Positions 55,578 to 64,000 of a stretch of 64,000 bases of DNA are shown here, in pieces. Positions within the stretch are counted from its first letter, which is position 1; every line of letters begins with the position of its first letter. A program made the translations under genes and the position numbers. Under the pieces are notes generated by a model. That model was not told the origin of the DNA. It saw nothing but the letters and a program-made list of their open reading frames with translations, and ran no database searches. Origin of the DNA: Bryobacterales bacterium (GTDB lineage Bacteria > Acidobacteriota > Terriglobia > Bryobacterales > UBA6623); contig OZ243965.1 in NCBI GenBank assembly GCA_965214655.1, positions 141,033 to 205,032 of the forward strand, written 5' to 3'.

Positions 55578-56458
55578 GGCCGCGCGGCGACCCGCTCGAG
55601 AGGCGCGAAGCTCTCGCGCCGGCGGGACGCTTGCCGCGCCGCAAGGTCGTAGCGGTCGCCCGGAGCCAGAAAATAGAAATCGCCGCCCGTATCGATTTTT
55701 CGCTTGGCGTCGTAGATGGCGGCATAACCCTGCCCGATCACCTCGAAACGGTCGCCGGTGACCACCACGGCGGTGTTTTCGTCAATGCCGATACCAAGCA
55801 GTGCGGGGCGCGCGCGAATCACTTCGAGCAGATCGAATTGCCGGTTGCGCCGCAGCAGATGCTGGTCAATGGCGACGTTTCTGAGAAATCCGAAGCCCTC
55901 TTCGTGGTCGCCCATCATGATCGTGTTCGTCTTGGTGTCGCCGCGCGCCAGATACGATCCTTGAATCGTCGCGCCCGCCGAACTTCCGCCGATCACGCCG
56001 CCGCGGGCCAGCAGATTACGCAATTCCTCGTAGACCTTGGTGTGCAGATAGGCATCGGCCAGACGCCACTGCCTGCCTCCCGGAAACCAGACGCCGCGCG
56101 CCCGGCGGATCGGCTCGACGAACGCGTCGCTGTCGGCTTCCCCGCGGTCGTAGGTATGCGCCGGCGTCAAATTGCGCGCGCCCAGCTTGCGGTAGCGCGC
56201 CAAGCCGGGCCAGTGGGGGCCGTAGGATTCCGCGCCGCCGGCCGTCGGGATCACCACGATGGGCGCGTCCGCGCCGCCGGCCAAGTCGAGAAAACGTTCG
56301 AAAATCGCCGGGTCTTGCATGGCCCCGCCGACGATCACCAACGAGCCGTTCGCCGGCCCGACAGTCTGCGCCCCGGCTGCGCCCGCAAAACCGAAAGCGA
56401 TCAGGACGACCGGCAGAAAACGCCGGCCCGTCCAGCGGTTTTGCTTTTTACTCTCCAC
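55574..56458 (-). CDS. Cyanophycinase-like S51 peptidase with signal peptide
   Basis: LVIVGGA, VVIPTA, WFPGGRQWRL, GGSSAGA nucleophile, IDQH..RNR, GIGIDENTA. Confidence 0.85.
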   Translation of the reverse strand: MESKKQNRWTGRRFLPVVLIAFGFAGAAGAQTVGPANGSLVIVGGAMQDPAIFERFLDLAGGADAPIVVIPTAGGAESYGPHWPGLARYRKLGARNLTPAHTYDRGEADSDAFVEPIRRARGVWFPGGRQWRLADAYLHTKVYEELRNLLARGGVIGGSSAGATIQGSYLARGDTKTNTIMMGDHEEGFGFLRNVAIDQHLLRRNRQFDLLEVIRARPALLGIGIDENTAVVVTGDRFEVIGQGYAAIYDAKRKIDTGGDFYFLAPGDRYDLAARQASRRRESFAPLERVAARP

Positions 56459-56470
56459 TTTCCCCTCTCC

Positions 56471-57430
56471 TCAAGCGACCCGATGCCGCGCGTTGCCGGC
56501 AATGGCGTCGAAGACGTTGTCAACCGCAAGTTGCAGCCCGGCTTCGAGCGCCTCGGGCGTCACGCCTCCCGAGTGCGGCGTCATCACGACGCTCGGCAGA
56601 GCCGCCAGCGGATGATTCTCGGGCAAGGGCTCGCTGTCGTAAACGTCCAGACCGGCGCCGCGGATCGCTTTCGCACGCAAGGCGTCGATCAGCGCCGCTT
56701 CGTCGACGATCGGCCCGCGGGCGGTGTTGATGAAAATCGCCGACGGCTTCATCAGCCCGAATTCGCGCTTGCCGATGAAGCCGATCGTGTCGGGCGACTG
56801 CCGCAGGTGCAGGCTGACCACGTCGCTCTCCCGGTAGAGATCGTCCAGGGCGACCGGCCGAACGCCGATCTCGTCGAACGGCTTGCCGGCCGGGTTCATC
56901 GTCCAGGCGATGACCTTCATGCCGATGCCGCGGGCAATGCGCGCGGTTTGCAGGCCGATCGCGCCCAGTCCGACAACGCCGAGCGTCTTGCCGTGAAGCT
57001 GCGTCACGAAGCCGCGCGGCCAGGCCCCCTTTTTTGTCTTGGCGTCGATGCGCGGAATCTCCCGCGCTACGGACAACATCAACGTCAGGGCGTGCTCGGC
57101 CATGGCGATTGCCGATACCGCGGGCGTGTTGGTGACAACGACTCCCAAACGGGCCGCGGCGGCGAGATCGACATGGTCGGTCCCCGTTCCCCAGAGCGAA
57201 AGCGCCTTGAGTTGCGGGCAGGCCGCCAGGACCTCCTCCCTGAAGGAAACCGAAGAGCGTATGTTGATGACGTATTCGGCATCGCGGATGCGCTCGAGCA
57301 AAACATCGGCCGAGATTGGCAGATTGTCGTGGTAGCTGACCTCCGCCCGGCTCGTCAGCGACCGATACGCCGCGCTCGGCCCCATCACCGGGGGGTAGTC
57401 GTCGGGAATCACGATCGTAGGGCGAGGCAT
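56471..57430 (-). CDS. D-2-hydroxyacid dehydrogenase (SerA-like)
   Basis: GTGTDHVD, AEHA, GKTLGVVGLGAIG, SDVVSLH, FINTARGPIVDE, GLDVY..EP, TPHSG. Confidence 0.92.
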   Translation of the reverse strand: MPRPTIVIPDDYPPVMGPSAAYRSLTSRAEVSYHDNLPISADVLLERIRDAEYVINIRSSVSFREEVLAACPQLKALSLWGTGTDHVDLAAAARLGVVVTNTPAVSAIAMAEHALTLMLSVAREIPRIDAKTKKGAWPRGFVTQLHGKTLGVVGLGAIGLQTARIARGIGMKVIAWTMNPAGKPFDEIGVRPVALDDLYRESDVVSLHLRQSPDTIGFIGKREFGLMKPSAIFINTARGPIVDEAALIDALRAKAIRGAGLDVYDSEPLPENHPLAALPSVVMTPHSGGVTPEALEAGLQLAVDNVFDAIAGNARHRVA

Positions 57431-57569
57431 GAAAGCCCAGCGTAACACCGCAGGGCAGCGGCCGGAGCGGTTTTTGCGGCTCCGGGTGAAACCTGCCGGG
57501 GCAGTCCGTTCGTCCATACTGATAAGGTGGAGCTATACCGTCATATCAATCGAAGGGGGCATCACAGTC

Positions 57570-58468
57570 GTGTCGCATAAAATCATTCGTTCGGGCCGCC
57601 GGTCGCCCGCAAACGCCGGAGAAGGTTCCGTGCCTCCGATCGCAATCGTTTTACTGGCGGCCATCGCCTTGCTCGTCGGCGCCAACGTCTATTCCTTTCT
57701 TGAGATACGCTCCCTGCGGGACGAAGTAGCCGCGCAATTTACGGTCGTCGACGAACGGCTGGCCTTGCTCGACGGCAGCGTCGAGCGCACCTCCACCCGG
57801 ATCGATTCGAGAGTCGGCGAGGTCAAGGAACTGGTCGCCTCGGCGGAAAAAGAGTTGAGCCAGCGCACCCGCCAAGTCGAAAGCGAGTGCTGGGCCGAGC
57901 CGGCGACATCGAGAAGAAACTCGAGGAGACCGCCGCCGTCCAGCAGGCGAAGATTAGCGCCGTCGGCGGCAGGCTGGAGCAGTTCGAAGAGGATACGACC
58001 AGCAAGGTCGGCTCGCTCGACGGCCGCGTGACCACGGTCAAGGAAGAAGTCGACCAGACCAAAGCCGAGCTGGAGAAAACCATCGCCGACCTGTCGCGGG
58101 TGCGCGGCGATCTCGGGGTGCAAAGCGGCCTGATCGCGACCAACGGCGAAGAGTTGGCGGCGCTGAAGAGATTGGGCGAGCGGAATTACTATGAGTTCAA
58201 CATGGGCAAAAGCAGGCAGCCTCAGAAGGTGGGGCCGATCCGCATCAAGCTGACCGGAGCGGACCGCAAGAGGAACCGCTACTCGATCGATCTCTGGGCC
58301 GACGACAAAAAGATCGAAAAACGCCGCAAGACCCTGCTGGAGCCGGTGCAGTTCTACGTCATCGGATCGCGCGTCCCCTACGAGTTGGTCGTCAACAAAA
58401 TCGACAAGGACAATATCGCCGGCTACCTGGCGACGCCGAAGGACGGCCCGCGCGGCGCCGGCGGCTGA
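57570..58468 (+). pseudogene. Membrane-anchored coiled-coil hypothetical protein, frameshifted near 57885
   Basis: TM helix plus coiled coil in ORF 57429..58031, continuing in ORF 57887..58468 (DLGVQSGLIATNGEEL..L...GERNYYEF..EPVQFY..YELVVN..GYLATPK). Confidence 0.75.
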
Positions 58469-58494
58469 GTGAGCGAGTAGCGCCGCCCGGCCCG

Positions 58495-59322
58495 CTACTC
58501 CAGCACCAGAGCCGAGGCGGCGATCTTCCGTTTCGATGGCGTCCGGCCCGTAACCCTGACCGTGACGCGGTTGCCGATCAGGCGGGCTCCGCTGACGGTC
58601 AGCTCGTATTGGCCGCGCGCCGCGGCGAAGACCAAGCCGCTGAGTTCCTGCGCGCCGCTCTTGAACCGCTTGGCGTGAAAATAGGCGCCGCCGGAACGCA
58701 TCGCGACCGCTTTGAACAAGCCGCGGTCCGTTGCCTCGACGAACACCGCATAGATGGAAACGCCCTTCGCTCTTGCCAGCGACAATACTTCGGATTGCGA
58801 GCTGCGGCTGCGGCCCTCGACTCCGGCCGACAGCAGGACGATGACCCTGCGCCCGGCGCCGCTCTCGAATCCGCCGTCGATCGCCGCAAACAACGCATCC
58901 AGAACGCGCGGCGCATTGCCGTAACGAACTTGGGCCGCCGCCCGATGCAGCAGTTGCTTGCCGGCAGTGAAGTCCTGCGCCAAGTCCGCGGAATCGTGGT
59001 AAGCAACCAGCGCCATCTGCTCGCCGTCGCCGAGGCCGTCGATGAATGCCGGAACAAGCGGCCGCACCATCTCGCCCAGAAAGCTGGCGTCGACCAGCAG
59101 CAGGACATCGAGCGGGCCCTCCGCCGGCTTGACCGATTCCACGCGCAGCGCTCTCTTGTCGTCGATAACGGCAAAATGCTCGGGCGAAAGCCCGCCGGCC
59201 GTCTCGCCCGTCTTTTCATCGAATGCGGTTACGCGCAGAACGGCTTCCTGGGCGTATAGGCTCAACGCCAAAACGGCGGTCAAAGCAAGCCGTGCAAACG
59301 CCTTGCCAACGCTGCCGCGCAT
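58495..59322 (-). CDS. VWA-domain protein (Acidobacterial VWFA-related type)
   Basis: Signal peptide; GLSPEHF.V.DD, LLLVDAS, QDFT, VLDAL, RRVIVLLS.G, SGG; start 59322 with TGCTAAGAT -10 box 7 nt upstream. Confidence 0.8.
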   Translation of the reverse strand: MRGSVGKAFARLALTAVLALSLYAQEAVLRVTAFDEKTGETAGGLSPEHFAVIDDKRALRVESVKPAEGPLDVLLLVDASFLGEMVRPLVPAFIDGLGDGEQMALVAYHDSADLAQDFTAGKQLLHRAAAQVRYGNAPRVLDALFAAIDGGFESGAGRRVIVLLSAGVEGRSRSSQSEVLSLARAKGVSIYAVFVEATDRGLFKAVAMRSGGAYFHAKRFKSGAQELSGLVFAAARGQYELTVSGARLIGNRVTVRVTGRTPSKRKIAASALVLE

Positions 59323-59400
59323 GTCCGGAATCTTAGCAGACAAGCCGCGCGCCCCTGCCGTCGGGAACCGGGTAACATAATGGGGCAGCCCGATACCACG

Positions 59401-60399
59401 ATGACGCAGATTCGAAAATTGCTGGTTTTTTCTCTCGTTTCAGGTTTTGCCGACGCCGCGCCGCGCCAAGAATTCGTTTTCACTACCGCCCCCTTCGCGC
59501 AATGCCACGCTTCGACCGTCATGGAAACCAAAGACGGGGAGATCCTCGCGGCATGGTTCGGCGGCACGCGCGAAAAGCATCCCGACGTAGCCATCTGGTT
59601 GGCGCGGCGCGGCGCCGGCGGCTGGTCGGCGCCCGCAGAGATGGCGCGCCACGAAAACACGCCGACGTGGAACCCCGTGCTGTTCCGTACGCTGGACGGC
59701 GCGACCTGGCTGTTCTACAAATTCGGCACGGACCCCCGCCAGTGGACCGGCGCTTATCGGCGCTCGGACGACGACGGCCGAAGCTGGTCCGCTGCGCAGC
59801 CTCTTCCCGCCGGATTGCTGGGACCGATTCGGGCCAAGCCGCTGATTCTGCCCAACGGCGACGTCCTGGCCGGAACTTCGGTCGAAAGCTATCGCTCCTG
59901 GTCGGCCTGGGTCGAGCGCTCCACCGACCACGGACGATCCTGGACGAAGCACGGCCCCGTGAGCCACCCCCGCGAACCCTACGGCATCATTCAGCCCGCC
60001 TTGATTCCGTTGTCCGGCGGAGGCGTGCGCATGTTCACGCGGGCGCGCAATATCGGCGCGATCTGCTACGCCGATTCTTTCGACGGCGGCCGAAGCTGGA
60101 CTCCGGCCCGCGAAACCGAGTTGCCGAATCCCAACGCGGGCGTCGATGCGGTCAAGCTCCGCGACGGCCGCGCGGTGATGATCTACAACCACACGACAAA
60201 GGGCCGCACTCCCTTGAATATCGCCGTTTCGACCGATGACGGCGACTCCTGGAAACCGTTTCTCGAACTCGAGACGGAGCCGGGGGAGTATTCCTATCCG
60301 GCGCTCATCCAGGGCAGCGGCGGCGATTTGCACATGACCTACACCTGGAAACGCGAACGGATCAAGTACGTTCGCGTTCCGCTCGCCGACGTGCCCTGA
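59401..60399 (+). CDS. Sialidase-family / BNR-repeat (Asp-box) protein
   Basis: CHAST, AWFGGTRE, WNPVL; Asp boxes SDDDGRSW, STDHGRSW, SFDGGRSW, STDDGDSW; YSYPA. Confidence 0.88.
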   Translation: MTQIRKLLVFSLVSGFADAAPRQEFVFTTAPFAQCHASTVMETKDGEILAAWFGGTREKHPDVAIWLARRGAGGWSAPAEMARHENTPTWNPVLFRTLDGATWLFYKFGTDPRQWTGAYRRSDDDGRSWSAAQPLPAGLLGPIRAKPLILPNGDVLAGTSVESYRSWSAWVERSTDHGRSWTKHGPVSHPREPYGIIQPALIPLSGGGVRMFTRARNIGAICYADSFDGGRSWTPARETELPNPNAGVDAVKLRDGRAVMIYNHTTKGRTPLNIAVSTDDGDSWKPFLELETEPGEYSYPALIQGSGGDLHMTYTWKRERIKYVRVPLADVP

Positions 60400-60433
60400 C
60401 AGTCCGCGGGCAGTTTGCTAAAGTAGCAACGCT

Positions 60434-61357
60434 ATGGCGGAAAGCACTCGACGGCGGTTTCTTTACCGGGGTCTCGCTGCGGCTGCGGCTTCAGGCGCGG
60501 CGGCAGCCGGCCGGAAGTTCACCATCGCCTTCATTCCGGGCAGCATCGGCATCAAGGCCGACCAGGGGCGCTCGATCGAATTGGCCGCGAAGCACGGCTT
60601 CGAATCCGTGCAACCGTTCAGCGCACAATTGCTGCGAGACGGCGTTTCCCGCTACGTCGAAGCCCTGGAGGCGAGCGAATTGCAATGGGCCGCCGCCGGC
60701 CTGCCGGTGAACTTGCGCAGCGATGAGAGCACATTCTCCAATGGTTTGAAGAATTTGCCGCAAGAAGCTCAAGCGTTGCATCGAGCCGGAGCCGCACGGG
60801 TGAGCACCGCGATTACATCGAGCAGCGACACGCTCAATTACCTTGAAAACTTCAAGCGCACTTCCAGGCGGCTGCGCGAGGTCGGTTCCGTGCTCGAAGA
60901 TCACGGCCTCCGCCTGGGCCTGGAGTATCTCGGCACCAAGCACCTTTGGACCAGGCGCCGCCACTCCTTCGTGCATTCGATGGCCGAATGCCGGGCGCTC
61001 ATCGCGGAAACCGGCAAAACCAACATCGGCCTGGTCATCGACAGTTGGCATTGGTGGACGGCGTACGAAACTGCGGACAACATCCTGGCCCTTGCCAACG
61101 GCGATATCGTCTCCGCCGACCTCAACGACGCCCCGCGCGGCATCGAACGCGACCTGCAGCGGGACAACCAGCGCGAGCTGCCCCTGGCGACCGGCGTGAT
61201 CGATGCCAAAGCGTTCCTCGGCGCTCTGGCGGCAGTCGGCTACGACGGCCCGATCCGCGCCGAACCGTTCAATAAAACGTTGAATGCAATGGACGACGAG
61301 CAGGCCGCCGCAACCACCGCCCGCGCCATGAAAAAAGCCTTCGCCCTGGTGGGATAG
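60434..61357 (+). CDS. Sugar phosphate isomerase/epimerase (xylose-isomerase-like TIM barrel), Tat signal
   Basis: TRRRFL; LGLEY, GLVIDSWHW, DLNDAP, RELP..GVID, GYDGP..AEPF. Confidence 0.85.
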   Translation: MAESTRRRFLYRGLAAAAASGAAAAGRKFTIAFIPGSIGIKADQGRSIELAAKHGFESVQPFSAQLLRDGVSRYVEALEASELQWAAAGLPVNLRSDESTFSNGLKNLPQEAQALHRAGAARVSTAITSSSDTLNYLENFKRTSRRLREVGSVLEDHGLRLGLEYLGTKHLWTRRRHSFVHSMAECRALIAETGKTNIGLVIDSWHWWTAYETADNILALANGDIVSADLNDAPRGIERDLQRDNQRELPLATGVIDAKAFLGALAAVGYDGPIRAEPFNKTLNAMDDEQAAATTARAMKKAFALVG

Positions 61358-61395
61358 CATAGAAAAATATCCGCCGGGTTTGGAGGTAAGGCGCG

Positions 61396-62385
61396 TTGTC
61401 CGTTGACGTCAAGGCGATTCACGAGAGCGTGGAGTCCGAGGCTCCCCTGCTGTCGCGCATACGGGAAGAAATCGGCAAGGTCATCGTCGGACAGGCAGAG
61501 CTGATCGACGGTCTGCTGTTGGCCCTGCTCTGCAACAACCATGTTCTGATCGAAGGCGTTCCGGGGCTGGCCAAGACGCTCTCGATCACGACCTTGGCGC
61601 AGACCGTCCAGGCATCGTTTCAACGCCTGCAGTTCACTCCCGATCTGTTGCCGGCGGATCTGATCGGCACTCTGATCTACAGTCCGAAGAACGGCGAATT
61701 CACCGTCAAGAAGGGTCCGCTGTTCGCCAACATCGTCCTCGCGGACGAGATCAACCGGGCGCCGGCGAAAGTCCAGAGCGCTTTGCTGGAGGCGATGCAG
61801 GAGCGTCAGGTGACGATCGGCGACGAGACCTTCGCCCTGCCGCAGCCCTTCCTCGTACTGGCGACTCAAAACCCGATCGAGCAGGAAGGGACCTATCCTC
61901 TGCCTGAAGCCCAGGTCGACCGCTTCATGCTCAAGCTGCGCATCGGCTATCCGTCGAAAGACCAGGAACTGAAAATTCTGCGGCGCATGGCGCGTTCCAA
62001 CGCCGCTCACGAGACCGCGCCGATCATCGAGCCGGGGGATATCGTACGGCTGCGCGGGCTGGCGGACGCTATCTACATGGACGCCAAGATCGAGGAGTAC
62101 ATCGTCTCTCTCGTCGAAGCCACCCGCAACCCCGCCGAGTACGGTCTCGACATCGCCGAGTTGATCCGCCACGGCGCATCGCCGCGCGCGACGATTTTCC
62201 TGGCCATGGCCTCGCGGGCCCGGGCGCTGCTGCAAGGGCGCGGATACGCGACGCCTCAGGATGTCAAATCCGTGGCTTACGACGTGCTGCGGCACAGGGT
62301 GATCGTTACCTACGAGGCCGAGGCGGAGGAACTGACATCGGAGGACCTCATCAAGAGAGTGCTGGACACAGTCGATGTCCCCTGA
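61396..62385 (+). CDS. moxR: MoxR-family AAA+ ATPase
   Basis: HVLIEGVPGLAKT, RLQFTPDLLPAD, LADEINRAPAKVQSALLEAMQE, ATQNPIEQEGTYPLPEAQVDRF. Confidence 0.95.
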   Translation: MSVDVKAIHESVESEAPLLSRIREEIGKVIVGQAELIDGLLLALLCNNHVLIEGVPGLAKTLSITTLAQTVQASFQRLQFTPDLLPADLIGTLIYSPKNGEFTVKKGPLFANIVLADEINRAPAKVQSALLEAMQERQVTIGDETFALPQPFLVLATQNPIEQEGTYPLPEAQVDRFMLKLRIGYPSKDQELKILRRMARSNAAHETAPIIEPGDIVRLRGLADAIYMDAKIEEYIVSLVEATRNPAEYGLDIAELIRHGASPRATIFLAMASRARALLQGRGYATPQDVKSVAYDVLRHRVIVTYEAEAEELTSEDLIKRVLDTVDVP

Positions 62386-62411
62386 GCGCCGGACGCGCCG
62401 CTCCGCTGCCC

Positions 62412-63287
62412 ATGATTTCGAAAGATCTCGCGAAGAAAATCCGTCTGATCGAAATTCAGACCGGCAAGGCCGTCAACGACGTGCTGGCCGGCGAATACCA
62501 CTCGGTCTTCAAGGGCCGCGGGATGGAATTCGACGAGGTCCGCGAATACACGCCCGGAGACGAAATCCGCACGATCGACTGGAACGTCACCGCCCGCATG
62601 GGACGCCCGTTCGTGAAGCGCTACGTGGAGGAGCGCGAGTTGACGGTCTGGCTGATGGTCGATCTCTCGGCATCGGGCTCGTTCGGCAGCCGCGTCCAAC
62701 TCAAGAACGAAGTCGCCGCCGAATTATGCGCCCTGCTGGCCTTCTCGGCGATCAAGAACAACGACAAGGTCGGCCTGGTCGTCTTTACCGACCGCGTCGA
62801 GTTGTTCGTTGCCCCCAATAAAGGACGTTCGCACGTTCTGCGGCTGATTCGCGACCTGCTGAACTTTCGCCCGCAAGGCCGCGGCACGGATATCGCCGAG
62901 GCGCTGGACTACCTGGGCCGGATTACGCACAAGAAGGGCGTCGTCTTTCTCGTCTCCGACTTTCTTGCGCCGGACTACCGCAAACCCTTGGGCATCGTTG
63001 CCCGGCGCCACGATCTGATCGCGGTTTCGATCGCCGACCCGCGCGAGGCGGAGTTGCCCGACGTGGGCCTGATCGAGTTGGAAGACGCCGAGACGGGCAA
63101 GCGCGTGCTGGTGGACACCTCCAGCCGGCAAGTGCGCAGCCAATACGCGACAAGCGCCGAGCGGCGGCAAAACGACCTGCGCGAGCTTTTCCGCTCGATG
63201 AGCATCGATCAGGTCGCCGTGGAAACCGGAGAGGATTATGTCCGCGATCTGATGCTGCTGTTCCGCAAACGGGAGCGGCGGCGATGA
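62412..63287 (+). CDS. DUF58 (VWA-like) protein of a MoxR/Bat operon
   Basis: GEYHSVFKGRGMEFDEVREY.PGDEIRTIDWNVTAR, EERE, VDLSAS, FLVSDF. Confidence 0.93.
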   Translation: MISKDLAKKIRLIEIQTGKAVNDVLAGEYHSVFKGRGMEFDEVREYTPGDEIRTIDWNVTARMGRPFVKRYVEERELTVWLMVDLSASGSFGSRVQLKNEVAAELCALLAFSAIKNNDKVGLVVFTDRVELFVAPNKGRSHVLRLIRDLLNFRPQGRGTDIAEALDYLGRITHKKGVVFLVSDFLAPDYRKPLGIVARRHDLIAVSIADPREAELPDVGLIELEDAETGKRVLVDTSSRQVRSQYATSAERRQNDLRELFRSMSIDQVAVETGEDYVRDLMLLFRKRERRR

Positions 63288-64000
63288 GCGCCTCAGCCCG
63301 CTGGAGGGCATGGCGGCTCTATGCTGCGGCAGCGCTGGCGGGCTGCCTGCTGCATTGCTCGAGCGCGGAGCGAGAGCCCGTCGAAGGAATCGAGCAGGTT
63401 CATGAAGCGAACGGCGCAACGCTGACGCTGAAGCTCGACCGCCGCTCGCTTTCGATCTCCGAAAGCCTGCTTTTGACGCTGGAAGTCGAGGCTGCGGAGT
63501 CCGACCGGGTCGCCTTCCCGAATCCGGCGGCGGGCTTCGGCGAATTCGAGTCGGCGAGCGACGCGCCCGCGCCGGCCCGGTTGGGCGCGGACGGCCGCGT
63601 GACCCGCAGCCACCGCTACGAACTCGAGCCGTTCCTGCCGGGGGAATTCGATATCCCGGTTCTTACCGTCGTGCTGAACGGCTCGACGGAAATCGAGACG
63701 GACCCGGTGAAGATCACGGTGACCAGCGTGCTCGACGACCCCGAGAACGCCGAGTTGCGCGATATCGGCGGTCCCGTGAACATTCCGGCGCCTTGGTGGC
63801 TGTGGGCCCTGGGCGGACTGGCGGCGGCCGCAGCCGTTGCGGGATACATCCTGTGGCGCAAACGCAAGCGCGAAGCAGCGGCGCCTCCGCCTCCTCTGCC
63901 GCATGAAACCGCGCTTGCGGCTCTGCGCGTCCTGCTGGCCGAAGAATTGCCTGCGAAAGGCGTTTACAAGCCGTTTTACAGGCGGCTTTCCGGGCTTTTA
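63284..64000 (+). CDS. BatD-like membrane protein of the MoxR operon (partial, runs off the window)
   Basis: Translated by hand from ATG 63284 (ATGA overlap): signal/lipobox, YELEPFLPGEFDIP, ELRDIGGP, TM helix WWLWALGGLAAAAAVAGYILW, PHETALAAL; no stop before the window end. Confidence 0.8.
   Translation, partial: MSASARWRAWRLYAAAALAGCLLHCSSAEREPVEGIEQVHEANGATLTLKLDRRSLSISESLLLTLEVEAAESDRVAFPNPAAGFGEFESASDAPAPARLGADGRVTRSHRYELEPFLPGEFDIPVLTVVLNGSTEIETDPVKITVTSVLDDPENAELRDIGGPVNIPAPWWLWALGGLAAAAAVAGYILWRKRKREAAAPPPPLPHETALAALRVLLAEELPAKGVYKPFYRRLSGLL

Overview
High-GC bacterial chromosomal window. The gene content points to Acidobacteriota (Bryobacterales/Solibacter-like): Oar-type TonB-dependent receptors, a DUF1549/1553-DUF1501 pair, a VWA protein and an NHL-repeat protein with a TIGR03437-like tail. 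Three sulfatases and the NHL repeats suggest a marine or host-associated lifestyle, possibly a sponge symbiont (inference). Housekeeping genes include mtnP, mutS, proC, ctaA, dnaB, rfbD, udk, moxR and tRNA-Pro(CGG). Accessory features: (1) a tandem duplication of an Omp85 + tRNA-Pro unit, whose first tRNA copy has drifted to a CGA (Ser) anticodon; (2) three copies of a ~260-bp MITE-like element with terminal inverted repeats and internal helices supported by compensatory base changes; (3) a lower-GC two-gene cassette (small YHGYP-motif protein + catalytically degenerate ImmA/IrrE-like protein) that is a candidate undescribed toxin-antitoxin or defence module; (4) an IS-shattered Rhs polymorphic toxin locus with an unrecognised toxin tip, an immunity gene and an orphan cassette; (5) a 30-bp-period hairpin array between proC and an O-methyltransferase; (6) many apparently leaderless promoters and DnaA boxes upstream of dnaB. 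All family assignments come from motif recognition by eye; no database searches were run.
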